Origin: Acidimicrobiales bacterium | GTDB lineage: Bacteria > Actinomycetota > Acidimicrobiia > Acidimicrobiales > Microtrichaceae | Direction of reading: 5' to 3' | NCBI GenBank assembly: GCA_038327485.1 | Contig: JBBQLA010000001.1 | Location: forward strand, 1 to 35,855 | DNA: 35,855 nucleotides | Part shown: positions 14,698 through 23,176 of the stretch, in pieces | Position numbering within the stretch: position 1 is the first letter of the stretch | How the letters are laid out: every line of letters starts with the position of its first letter | Program-made: the position numbers and the translations under genes | The notes under the pieces: model-generated | What the model saw: only the letters and a program-made list of their open reading frames with translations | Told to the model about the DNA's origin: nothing | Databases searched by the model: none

Positions 14698-16596
14698 TCA
14701 GCGCATCATCGCCCGAACTCGCAGCAGCTCGGCGACCGACCATGCTTGGAACGGGCAGCCGGTCGCGGCGTGCGGGGGAGCGCCGTCGAAGGTTTCGGAC
14801 ACGGAACCGATCCCCCACTCGCTCAGGTGCGCGACGAGCCCGTCGAGCACCGACCCGTCGACGACGCCGGCGCGCCGTTGCGCGTCGAACCAGGGCCCGA
14901 TCAGCCAGGGCCACACGGTTCCTTGGTGGTAGGCGCCGTCGCGCTCGACCGGCCCGCCGCGATGGCAGCCCCGGTAGCGATGATCGGCGGGGGCGAGGGA
15001 GCTCAGCCCGAGCGAGGTGACGAGCGGACCGACCGCGCAAAGCACCGGCGCCGGGTCGCTGATGGGCGCGTACGGGAGCGATACCGCCAGCAGCTGATTG
15101 GGGCGAACCGAGGCGTCATCGCCCTCGTCACCGTCGACGACGTCGTAGAGCCCCAAGCCATCGGGCCGAACGAAACGCCGGATGAAGGAGCTCTGCGCGG
15201 TGTCGGCGAGCGTCCCGAAGCGTGTTCCCTTTCGCCCTGCGATGGCGGCCACGTGCCTGAGCCCGTTGATCCACAAAGCGTTCACCTCGACGGGCTTGCC
15301 GCGCCGCGCGGTGACGGGGGTACCGTCGATTCGGGCGTCCATCCACGTCAGCGCCCATCCGTCGGCACCTTGGATTATAAGACCGTCGGCGTCGACCCGG
15401 ATGCCGAAGCGCGTGCCTGCGAGGTGGTGGTCGACGACATCGCTCAGCACGGGGAGCAGCTCGGCGCCAAGATCGGTGTCGCCCGTTCGCTCGACGTGGC
15501 GCCCAACGGCATGGAGGAACCAGAGCGACCCGTCGACCGTGTTGTACTCCGTGCCCCCTGCGTCGGCGGTGTTGGCGAGCATCCCCTCGGAGGTTGTGGC
15601 CGCCGCGGCTCGGAGCAGCTCTGCGCCTTCCCCGGCACGGCCGGTGGTGAGGAACAGGCCCTCGTAGGAGGTCATCGTGTCTCGGGACCAATCGCCGAAC
15701 CAGGGGTAGCCGGCGACGACGGTCGGCCCTGCGGGCGCGGTCACGATCAGCTGGTCAGCGGCGTGCGCCAGGAGAGCGTCGACCTCGTTGCCGGCGCCGG
15801 AAGATCGAGCCACCCCTACCGCACGCTGTCGGGCTTTGTCGATGATCTGCCGCGCAGGGGCCGGCGGCTCGTCGAGCTGGCCGTGCCACGCCTCGACCTC
15901 GATCGTCGCGCCTGGCTCCAACGCTGCGACGAAGCGCCCGGCGAACCACAGATCCTCGCCATCGTTCAGCCCCCGAGCCGCCTCCTCACGGTGGTGGACG
16001 CCCCGGTACCACTCGCCGACGGGCTCGAAGCCCGGCCCGCGCACCCGGTACACACCCTCAAACATGAATCCGTCTGCTGCCTTGTCGATCGCCGGGTCGC
16101 CGTTCGCCCTGCGTTCGCCGTGGACGTCGCGCCAGGTGCACAAGGCCTCGACCTCGACCGTCACCCGATCTCGGGCGCCGGACCGCAGCAGCGTGAATCG
16201 CACGCCGGTCGCAGCGCGGCCACGCATCATTGCCAGCTCGGCCTCGAGTGCGACCCCGCCGACCGACCACCGCCACCGAGGCACCCCGTCAGTGACATCG
16301 AAGCGCTCGAGGTGCACGTATCCCGCGGGGCTGACTGCGCCGTCGGCCCACTCGTGCGTCGCGAGGCGGATCCGCTCGTCGCCGATGACCAGCACCGGGT
16401 CGAGCGCTGCCAAACCGAGGTGGCGGCCGATCGGCGGCTCAGTCGCCACAACGAGGAGTCCGTGGTAGCGCCGCGTCTGTAGGCCCGCGACCGTGCCCAT
16501 CGCGAAGCCGCCGAGCCCGTCGGTGACGAGCCACTCCCGCGACGCCGCGGCGCCGAGGTCGCCACAGATCTGCCGTCCGAACGTGATGCTTGCCAT
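14698..16596 (-). CDS. Glycogen debranching enzyme family protein (GDE N-terminal domain plus amylo-alpha-1,6-glucosidase domain)
   Basis: Track ORF. EWLVTDGLGGFAMGTVAGLQTRRYHGLLV is the characteristic N-terminal block. The C-terminal (alpha/alpha)6 part has GYPWFGDWSRDTM and AYHQGTVWPWLIGP. Confidence 0.9.
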   Translation of the reverse strand: MASITFGRQICGDLGAAASREWLVTDGLGGFAMGTVAGLQTRRYHGLLVVATEPPIGRHLGLAALDPVLVIGDERIRLATHEWADGAVSPAGYVHLERFDVTDGVPRWRWSVGGVALEAELAMMRGRAATGVRFTLLRSGARDRVTVEVEALCTWRDVHGERRANGDPAIDKAADGFMFEGVYRVRGPGFEPVGEWYRGVHHREEAARGLNDGEDLWFAGRFVAALEPGATIEVEAWHGQLDEPPAPARQIIDKARQRAVGVARSSGAGNEVDALLAHAADQLIVTAPAGPTVVAGYPWFGDWSRDTMTSYEGLFLTTGRAGEGAELLRAAAATTSEGMLANTADAGGTEYNTVDGSLWFLHAVGRHVERTGDTDLGAELLPVLSDVVDHHLAGTRFGIRVDADGLIIQGADGWALTWMDARIDGTPVTARRGKPVEVNALWINGLRHVAAIAGRKGTRFGTLADTAQSSFIRRFVRPDGLGLYDVVDGDEGDDASVRPNQLLAVSLPYAPISDPAPVLCAVGPLVTSLGLSSLAPADHRYRGCHRGGPVERDGAYHQGTVWPWLIGPWFDAQRRAGVVDGSVLDGLVAHLSEWGIGSVSETFDGAPPHAATGCPFQAWSVAELLRVRAMMR

Positions 16597-16599
16597 GGA

Positions 16600-16866
16600 T
16601 CAGTCCCTTTCGTGGTATCGGTGGTAGACGTCAATGAGCCCGTCTCGCACCGGTTCGGGGAGGGCCTGCGGGCGCAGGCGTCCGAGCACATTGATGGTGG
16701 TGCGCATCTGGGCGAGGTAGGCGGTGCAGGCGTCGCAGCCGGCAAGATGGCGAGCGAATCGGTCGGCGTCCGGTGCCGCCAGTGCGCCCTCGAGGTAGTC
16801 GGTCATCAGCTCGACCGCGTCGCGGCAGACGATTCGTCGCCGCCGCGTCCGCAGCCAAGGGATCAT
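16600..16866 (-). CDS. Zinc-binding (zf-HC2, RsrA-like) anti-sigma factor, cytoplasmic, with no adjacent sigma gene
   Basis: Track ORF. It has Cys14 plus the HLAGCDAC H-x3-C-x2-C motif and no TM segment. It aligns along its whole length with the anti-sigma at 25399..25641. ATGA overlap with the upstream DUF427 gene (16863-16866), and only 3 nt before the GDE start. Confidence 0.8.
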   Translation of the reverse strand: MIPWLRTRRRRIVCRDAVELMTDYLEGALAAPDADRFARHLAGCDACTAYLAQMRTTINVLGRLRPQALPEPVRDGLIDVYHRYHERD

Positions 16867-17615
16867 GCGAAGTGGGTCCTCGGTCTGGGCTGTTGCTCGC
16901 CGTCAACGGTGACGTCGACCTTTTCGTCGTAGAACGCCACGAGCCCTGCGATCTGTTGCGATTCACGGAACGGGGCCTTGTAGCTCCACGCCAGGTCGGC
17001 GAGTTCGCCAGTGGGGGTCGCGACCGCCCAATAGTGCGCCGTGCCCTTGTAGGGACAGTGCGACTCGGATGAAGTCGGCGTGAACAGGTCCATGCGCACG
17101 TCGAGCTTGTTGATGTAGGTCCGTCGCGGCAGGCCGGTCTCGTACAGGAACATCGGGTGGATCGTGTTCGCGACAAATACACCGTCCACGCTCACCGTCA
17201 CGTGGCGGGTGCTCGGGAGGATCTGCACGCGGGTCGACGGATTGCGGGGGTGGACGAAGATTTCCTCGTCTTCCTCGAACCACGCGTCCATGGCGTCGAA
17301 CTCGAACCGCACCCGGTCACGCAGCTCCTCGAACGCGCTGTCCTCGTGGACCCACGCGGCGTCCACCGCCTCCCGGTCGCCGATCGTGACGTTGTACAGC
17401 GTGGCTTCACCTCGGCTGGGTGATCGCTTTGTGCGCCCCGTCGGTACTAGAGCGCCCTCAATGACCGCTTCTCGAGGCACGAAGTACTGCGGGTAGAACG
17501 GCCACTCCCATACGTAGAGGGCGTCGGTGGTGTCGACGATCTGGCGGCCGCCGAATCGGATGCGGACCCGCTTGTGGCTGGGCTCGGTGCGAACGGTCCC
17601 GCGCGTTTCGCTCAC
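16863..17615 (-). CDS. Tandem DUF427-domain protein
   Basis: C-terminal 250 aa of track ORF 16863..17975, started at GTG 17615, which overlaps the upstream stop as GTGA. Two DUF427-like halves. The second has the typical SSESHCPYKGTAHYWAV..AWSYKAP..IAGLVAFY pattern. The upstream part of the track ORF is Arg/Pro-rich. Confidence 0.8.
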   Translation of the reverse strand: MSETRGTVRTEPSHKRVRIRFGGRQIVDTTDALYVWEWPFYPQYFVPREAVIEGALVPTGRTKRSPSRGEATLYNVTIGDREAVDAAWVHEDSAFEELRDRVRFEFDAMDAWFEEDEEIFVHPRNPSTRVQILPSTRHVTVSVDGVFVANTIHPMFLYETGLPRRTYINKLDVRMDLFTPTSSESHCPYKGTAHYWAVATPTGELADLAWSYKAPFRESQQIAGLVAFYDEKVDVTVDGEQQPRPRTHFA

Positions 17616-18157
17616 GAGTTGGCTGCCAGCCACGCGTCGCGGATCTCCGGTGCCAGCGGGTCGAAGTCCGGCCGGATCCGCTTCGACAGATCGCGGAGGT
17701 CGGCCCACAGGTCGTAGATCGACGGCCTGCCCCAGAACCAATAGCCGCAGTAGACCTTGTCGACGACGAGGCCGGGGGCCAGCACCAACGTGTGGGGGAC
17801 GCTTGCGGGGTGGTGGGGGTCGGTGTACTCCCGGATGTCGAGGTCCTCCTGTACGGCGAGGCTCTCGTCGGCGAGAAACGTCCAGCCAGCACCGGTTGAG
17901 ATCTTGAGCTTGTACGTCTCGTGCGCGTCGTTCGGGAGCAGCGACACCAGCGAGCAGAAGCCCACCGCGCACCACTGGTGGAATTTCAGGAGCTCGAGGT
18001 GCATCTGGCGCTCTCGCGGGCAGTGCTCGCCGCGACTCAGGTGGAGCACCATGGTGTTGTCGGGCCCTTGGAGGTCGGAGAGCTTGTGAGGCACCCCGTT
18101 CTCGTCGGGCACCTCGTAGTCGGGGAACGTTGCACCGGGGACGATGTCGGGGCGCAT
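17612..18157 (-). CDS. Redoxin / AhpC-TSA-like thioredoxin-fold protein (single active-site Cys)
   Basis: Track ORF 17612..18349, started here at ATG 18157. The pattern GATFPDYEVPDENGVPHKLSDLQG..VLHLSRGEHCPRER follows the peroxiredoxin-like layout, but with C-P-R-E in place of the CxxC. Confidence 0.7.
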   Translation of the reverse strand: MRPDIVPGATFPDYEVPDENGVPHKLSDLQGPDNTMVLHLSRGEHCPRERQMHLELLKFHQWCAVGFCSLVSLLPNDAHETYKLKISTGAGWTFLADESLAVQEDLDIREYTDPHHPASVPHTLVLAPGLVVDKVYCGYWFWGRPSIYDLWADLRDLSKRIRPDFDPLAPEIRDAWLAANS

Positions 18158-18162
18158 AGTGA

Positions 18163-19731
18163 TCAAGCCTTCTTTCCGGGGAGTTGGCCGCCGGCGGGGA
18201 GCCGCAGGCGGTAGACGCTGGTCATGGCGGTGATGAAAAGAGTGTTTCCGTTTTCGCCCCAAGCGAGGTTGTGGGGTGATTCGGGCACAACGAGGCGCCC
18301 GAGCACCGCGCCGTCGGGGTCCACGACCCAGACGCCGCCGGGGCCGCACACGTAGAGATTTCCTGCGCCGTCGACCTTGATGCCGTCGATCGCGTCATCG
18401 CCGTCCTCGGCGGTCAGATCGCACAGCAGCACGCCGTCGCCGACCGAGCCGTCGACGGCCACGTCGTAGCGCATGACGGCCTTGTGGCCGGGGTCCCAGT
18501 CGCCGACATAGAGGTAGCGCTCGTCAGGCGAGAACGCGAGCCCGTTGGGTCCGGCCAGCTCGCTCGTTACCAGGCTGATGACTCCGTCGCGGGCGCGGAA
18601 CACGCCGGAGAAGGCGAGCTCTCTGTTGGGGTCGTCGTACACGCCGGGCAGGCCGAAGGGCGGATCGGTGAAGTAGAGAGTGCTGTCACTGCGGAACACG
18701 AGGTCATTGGGGCTGTTGAGTCGCTTGCCGTCGAACTTGTCCGCGAGGACGGTGACGTCGCCATGCGGGTTGACGCGAATCACGCGCCGGTTGCCGTGTT
18801 GGCAGATCGCGAGGTTGCCGTCGGGGTCGAGGGTCAAGCCGTTCGAGCCGGGCTGGTGGTAGCGGCCGATGTCGACGCCGGTGTACCCGCTCTTCGACCG
18901 GAACACCGTGACCAGCCCGTCGGGAGACCAGCGATAGATGGTGTTGACGTCGGGCGAGCTGAACAGCAGCGCGCCGTCGACCCACACGGGGCCCTCGGTG
19001 AAGACGAAGCCTGCGGCGATCCGCTCCAGCCGCACATCAGGCGGGATCACGTCATCGAGCCGGGCATCGCGCCGCTCGATCGCTAGCTCTGCGAGCTCGC
19101 CCACCTGCGCGCGCTCTGCGGCGTAGACGTCGAGCGACGCCGTCCGAACCCAGATGTAGTTGCGTGGATCGGCCGACAGCGGCCCATTGATGCCGAACAC
19201 TGCGATCGTGAAGGCATCGCCGGGCCGTGCGTCGCGCGTGAGGACCACCCGGTTCGGCGCATTGAACCCCGCGGCGACAGGCCCACCGACATCGCCGAGC
19301 GCATGGGGGAGCTCGCCGTCCACCCACACCTCGGCGTAGTCGTCGACGACGACTTCGAACACGATCGTCGCGCCGCTCGGGTCGAACTCGCCGATGCGCT
19401 CGGGAATCGTGACCTTCGTGCGGTACCAGTCGAAGCAGACACGTCCCGTGCTGAGGCGGTGCTCGAGTTCGTGGGGCGCGAGCTCATCCCAGTCGCTGTC
19501 GTCGTAGCCGATGGCACCGGCTGCGGGCGAGATGATTTGCGTGCGGTTGGGCTCACCGCTCGGTGCCAGGTCCAAGCCGACGCCGACGAAGTCGACGTCG
19601 ACGACGGTGGCGTCGCGGTGCCGCCACCGCGCGCCGACCAGGGCGGCGCCCTCCGCGGTGCGGAGGTCGACGATGGCGTCGGGGCACCCCGGCAGGAGCT
19701 CGGGCGGCCCGGGGATGCGGTGGGCGCTCAC
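18163..19731 (-). CDS. SMP-30/gluconolactonase/LRE-like beta-propeller protein with an N-terminal galactose-binding-like jelly-roll domain
   Basis: Track ORF with a GTG start overlapping the upstream stop as GTGA at 19728-19731. The N-terminal 220 aa (CFDWYRTKVTIPE..IVFEVVVDDYAEVWVDGELP) resembles GH2-type sugar-binding domains. The C-terminal part has FTEGPVW, SNGLTLDPDG, NSPNDLV, PNGLAFSPD and the IDGIKVDGAGNLY propeller motifs. Confidence 0.85.
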   Translation of the reverse strand: MSAHRIPGPPELLPGCPDAIVDLRTAEGAALVGARWRHRDATVVDVDFVGVGLDLAPSGEPNRTQIISPAAGAIGYDDSDWDELAPHELEHRLSTGRVCFDWYRTKVTIPERIGEFDPSGATIVFEVVVDDYAEVWVDGELPHALGDVGGPVAAGFNAPNRVVLTRDARPGDAFTIAVFGINGPLSADPRNYIWVRTASLDVYAAERAQVGELAELAIERRDARLDDVIPPDVRLERIAAGFVFTEGPVWVDGALLFSSPDVNTIYRWSPDGLVTVFRSKSGYTGVDIGRYHQPGSNGLTLDPDGNLAICQHGNRRVIRVNPHGDVTVLADKFDGKRLNSPNDLVFRSDSTLYFTDPPFGLPGVYDDPNRELAFSGVFRARDGVISLVTSELAGPNGLAFSPDERYLYVGDWDPGHKAVMRYDVAVDGSVGDGVLLCDLTAEDGDDAIDGIKVDGAGNLYVCGPGGVWVVDPDGAVLGRLVVPESPHNLAWGENGNTLFITAMTSVYRLRLPAGGQLPGKKA

Positions 19732-20564
19732 GGCTGGGCTTCGACGGCCGTGGCGAAAGCGGCGGCGGCGAGCAAGGCGAGCTCTTGGTCTTCGGGAGCC
19801 GACGAAGCGCCGCTCACACCGACCGCACCGATGACCTCACCATCGACGGTCAGGGGGATCCCGCCTTGGAGCGGCACGGCACCGGCGAGGTGTAGCGCCG
19901 AGGGACGGCCACCGGCCGCCTGATCCTCGAAGTCCTTACTCGGGCGGCGGTAGATCGCGGCAGTGCGAGCCTTGTCGGTGGCCACTCCGACGCTCGCCAC
20001 CTGCGCTGCGTCGGGACGGTTCAGGTACATCAGCTCGCCGCCGGCATCGACGATCGCGACGACAGGTACGACCCCGCGGTGCTCGGCCTCCGCAGCAGCG
20101 GCCTCGGCGGCGAGCCGGGCGCCGTCGAATGTGAGGGCAGGACCTTCGGTGAACGGCAGATCTGCGGCGGCACCAGCGAGCGAGACACCCTCGTCCTCGT
20201 CGGGCGTCTCACCGCTCGTGCCGATCGCGCCGACAACTTCGCCGTCCACGATCAGCGGGATACCGCCGGTCAGCGCAACGGCACCGTGCAGCGCAAGGGC
20301 GCCGAGGCGACCCTCGGACACCTGAGCTTCGATCTCGCGGCTCGGCCGCATAAAGATCGCCGCCGTCCGCGCCTTGTCGATCGCAACCTGCGACGAGGCG
20401 ACCTGGGCGCCTTCAGTGCGCCCGAGCCGGAGCAGATTGCCGCCTGTATCCACGACGGCAATGACGACGCGCAGCCCATGCTCGGTGGCGTGTCTTTCGG
20501 CCGCGGTCATCGCGCCTTCGACTGCGGCGAGGTCGAGGGTCCGGCGGGTTCGGATGAGGGTCAT
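19728..20564 (-). CDS. Fused double GlcG/HbpS-like (DUF336, haem-degrading-like) protein
   Basis: Track ORF. Two homologous halves share motifs: VVDTGGNLLRL..VAIDKARTAAIF..GGIPLIVDGEVVGAIGTSG and IVDAGGELMYL..VATDKARTAAIY..GGIPLTVDGEVIGAVGVSG. Confidence 0.85.
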   Translation of the reverse strand: MTLIRTRRTLDLAAVEGAMTAAERHATEHGLRVVIAVVDTGGNLLRLGRTEGAQVASSQVAIDKARTAAIFMRPSREIEAQVSEGRLGALALHGAVALTGGIPLIVDGEVVGAIGTSGETPDEDEGVSLAGAAADLPFTEGPALTFDGARLAAEAAAAEAEHRGVVPVVAIVDAGGELMYLNRPDAAQVASVGVATDKARTAAIYRRPSKDFEDQAAGGRPSALHLAGAVPLQGGIPLTVDGEVIGAVGVSGASSAPEDQELALLAAAAFATAVEAQP

Positions 20565-20566
20565 GG

Positions 20567-21394
20567 TCAGCCTCCACTGAGCAGGGCGACGACCCAGACG
20601 GCGTCGTCGGCGGTGATGAAGAGCCGGTTGTGATCGGGCTCGGAGAAACAGAAGTTGACGGCGCCTGGCAGATGGATCTCCGCGAGCAGGTCACCGTCAG
20701 GGTCGTAGACCTGCACGCCGCTGCCGGCCGAGGCATACACGAAGCCGTTCCGGTCGACCTTCAGGCCATCGGGGTGGCCAGGGTAGATGACGGTGAAGAG
20801 CCGGCGGCCCCGCAGGTGGGTGCCGGTCACGTCGAACGCCTCGATGTGGTGCGGCGCACCACTGTCAGTGACGTAGAGCACGCTGCCGTCAGGCGAGATC
20901 GCTATACCGTTGGGCTTGTCGAAGCCGTCGGCGGCGATGGAGTGCACACCGCTGCGAGGGTCGTAGCGGTGCACGAAGTCGCCGAGTGCCGGCTCGGGGC
21001 GGAAGCCCTGCAAATGCCCGTAGCTGGGGTCGGTGAACCAGATAACGCCGTCTGGACCGACGACGACATCGTTCGGTGAGCTGAGCGGCATGTCACGATA
21101 CGAGTCGATAACCGTCTCTACCGCACAGGTGGCGAGGTCGAGACGGGCGATGCGAGCCGGCTGCTCGAAGCTGCCCTGGTCGCAGACCAGCAGCGTGTTG
21201 TTGCCGCCGTCGAACATCCCATTCGGGCAAGCGATGGCGACAGCGAGATCGGTCGCCGCTGCGGTGGTGACCTCGATGCGGCGGATCGCGCCCGGCACCG
21301 TGACATAGAGCGCGTTCTGCTCTGCGACATGCACCGGACCCTCATGCGCGGCCGTGCGCGCCAACAGGCGAGGGATGAGCGAGTCAAGAGGCAT
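20567..21394 (-). CDS. SMP-30/gluconolactonase/LRE-family lactonase
   Basis: Track ORF 20567..21583, started here at ATG 21394 (SD GGAG upstream). Motifs HEGPV, SSPNDVVVGPDGVIWFTDP, PNGIAISPDG and PDGLKVDRNGFVY are present. The next gene starts 2 nt after its stop, behind an internal GGAGG. Confidence 0.85.
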   Translation of the reverse strand: MPLDSLIPRLLARTAAHEGPVHVAEQNALYVTVPGAIRRIEVTTAAATDLAVAIACPNGMFDGGNNTLLVCDQGSFEQPARIARLDLATCAVETVIDSYRDMPLSSPNDVVVGPDGVIWFTDPSYGHLQGFRPEPALGDFVHRYDPRSGVHSIAADGFDKPNGIAISPDGSVLYVTDSGAPHHIEAFDVTGTHLRGRRLFTVIYPGHPDGLKVDRNGFVYASAGSGVQVYDPDGDLLAEIHLPGAVNFCFSEPDHNRLFITADDAVWVVALLSGG

Positions 21395-21424
21395 ACTCCG
21401 CCATCGTCCGACATCGGCGCCCAG

Positions 21425-21450
21425 CGTTACAGCGAACTTCGGGTGTAACG
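21425..21450. promoter_or_regulatory. Inverted repeat in the divergent lactonase-operon / SDR-operon promoter region
   Basis: CGTTACA (21425-21431), a 12-nt spacer, then TGTAACG (21444-21450): a perfect 7-bp inverted repeat centred in the roughly 100-bp divergent intergenic region. Confidence 0.3.
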
Positions 21451-21499
21451 GATCGCCGCTTACGCCGACTACGCCTGAACAACGATCATGGAGGTCGCA

Positions 21500-22327
21500 G
21501 TGAACGGACTGCAGGGCAAGACGGCGATCGTCACCGGTGGGAGCTCTGGCATCGGCCAGGCGATTGCCATCCGGCTCGGCCACGAGGGCGTCAACGTCGC
21601 CGTCAACTACGTCGGCCCGATGGAGGGCGCGGAGCGCACCAAAGACGAGATCGACGCCGTCGTGAACGCGTGTATCGACGAGGTGAACTCCTGCCCAGCA
21701 CCCAGCCGGGCGATGCTCGTCGAGGCCGACGTGTCCGACGAGGGGGCCGTCGATCAGATGTACGAGCAGGTGCGCTCAGAGTTCGGCCCGATCGACTTCC
21801 TCGTCAACAACGCCGGGATCCAGATCGCCCAGGACTCCGACTTGCTCGACGCTGCAGCGTTCGACCGGGTGCTCGCCGTGAACCTCAGGGGTTCGTTCCT
21901 GTGCGCCCGCGCCCTGATTCATCAGCTGCTCGAGGACGAGCGGCCGGGAGCGATCGTCAACATCTCGTCGGTGCACCAGGTGATCCCGAAGCCGAAGTTC
22001 CTCGGCTACTCGGTCAGCAAGGGAGGCATGCAGAACCTGACCCGCACGCTCGCGCTCGAGTTCGCCGGACGCGGGATTCGCGTCAACGCCATGGGCCCCG
22101 GCGCCACCGTGACGCCGATCAACCGGGCCTGGGTCGACGACCCCGAGAAGGCGGCGCTCGTCACCGCGCACATCCCCATGGGCCGGCCCGGCCTCGCCGA
22201 GGAGATGGCCGCCACGACGGCGTTCCTCCTCTCCGAGGATGCGGGCTACATCACCGGCCAGACGCTGTTCGTCGATGGCGGGCTCACGTTGTACGCCGAC
22301 TTCCGTGGCACTTGGAGCTCGGAGTGA
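21500..22327 (+). CDS. Short-chain dehydrogenase/reductase, glucose 1-dehydrogenase-like
   Basis: Track ORF 21488..22327. GTG 21500 lies 5 nt after GGAGG and gives MNGLQGKTAIVTGGSSGIG. NNAG and the catalytic S..YxxSK (ISSVHQ..YSVSKGG) are present. PGATVTPIN and ITGQTLFVDGG resemble Bacillus-type glucose 1-dehydrogenase. Confidence 0.88.
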   Translation: MNGLQGKTAIVTGGSSGIGQAIAIRLGHEGVNVAVNYVGPMEGAERTKDEIDAVVNACIDEVNSCPAPSRAMLVEADVSDEGAVDQMYEQVRSEFGPIDFLVNNAGIQIAQDSDLLDAAAFDRVLAVNLRGSFLCARALIHQLLEDERPGAIVNISSVHQVIPKPKFLGYSVSKGGMQNLTRTLALEFAGRGIRVNAMGPGATVTPINRAWVDDPEKAALVTAHIPMGRPGLAEEMAATTAFLLSEDAGYITGQTLFVDGGLTLYADFRGTWSSE

Positions 22328-23121
22328 GCGCGGCCGTCGCCGCCGCCGCCCGACACGTACGCGACGGGCGTGTGTTCGACCTGGCGCACGTGCTCGACGA
22401 ACACGTCCCAGCGTTCCCGGGCCGCACCTTTCGTCAACTGCTGACGACGAACGCGGCTCGCTCGATCGGCAAGAACAAGGTCAACTGGATCGTGGAGTAC
22501 GTGCACGCGCCATCGCAGATGGGCACCCATATGGATGGACTCAACCACCTGCTGCGTGACGGGCGCATGCACGGCGGCCACCACGTCGACGACGTCGTTG
22601 TCGAGTGGGGAACGACCGAGAACGGCATCGAGACCGCGCCGCAGATCGTGACCCGCGGCGTGCTGCTCGACATTGCTCGCTCGCGAGGCGTCGCTCACCT
22701 CGACCCCGGCGACGTGATCACTCCCGACGACGCGGCCGCGGCACTCGCCGGGCTCACCGTGGAGCCCGGCGATGCCGTGCTGTTCCACACCGGGTGGGGT
22801 CGCTACTGGTACGACGACGGCGAGCGCTACACCTCGGGCGAGCCAGGTCCGGGCATGGCTGTCGCGAAGTGGCTCGCCGAAAGCGGTGTCGTCATCACCG
22901 GATGTGATACGTGGAGCTACGGCCCAGTCCCGGCCGAAGAACCCGACGAACCCTTCGTCGTCCCCCAGACCCTGAACATCGACCACGGCGTGCTGGTGAT
23001 GGAGAACCTCCGTCTGAGCGAGCTGGCCGAGGCCCGTGCGACGGAGTTCCTCCTTGTCGTCTCGCACCCCAAGCTCCGCGGCGCGACGGGCGCCTGGGTC
23101 GCCCCCCTCGCGATCACCTGA
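22324..23121 (+). CDS. Cyclase-family protein (kynurenine formamidase-like metal hydrolase)
   Basis: C-terminal 265 aa of track ORF 21670..23121, starting at GTG 22324, which overlaps the SDR stop as GTGA. It has the GTHMDGLNH metal-binding block typical of the putative cyclase family, and DAVLFHTGWG. The upstream part of the track ORF is an out-of-frame overlap with the SDR gene. Confidence 0.8.
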   Translation: MSAAVAAAARHVRDGRVFDLAHVLDEHVPAFPGRTFRQLLTTNAARSIGKNKVNWIVEYVHAPSQMGTHMDGLNHLLRDGRMHGGHHVDDVVVEWGTTENGIETAPQIVTRGVLLDIARSRGVAHLDPGDVITPDDAAAALAGLTVEPGDAVLFHTGWGRYWYDDGERYTSGEPGPGMAVAKWLAESGVVITGCDTWSYGPVPAEEPDEPFVVPQTLNIDHGVLVMENLRLSELAEARATEFLLVVSHPKLRGATGAWVAPLAIT

Positions 23122-23176
23122 CCCACCCGAACCCTTTCCCTTGCGGCCCTATTGGCCGCCCCTCGTGAGGAGTCCC

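Noticed and set aside
13567-16482. 971-aa plus-strand ORF, the longest in the track
   Set aside because: It is entirely antisense to egtB and the debranching-enzyme gene. Its product is Arg/Pro/Gly/Val-rich with no motifs. This is a typical shadow ORF of a high-GC genome, whereas the minus-strand genes have clear family signatures.
21670-22323. N-terminal 218 codons of the 483-aa track ORF
   Set aside because: This part is an out-of-frame overlap with the SDR gene and is Arg-rich. The cyclase homology starts only at GTG 22324, which overlaps the SDR stop.
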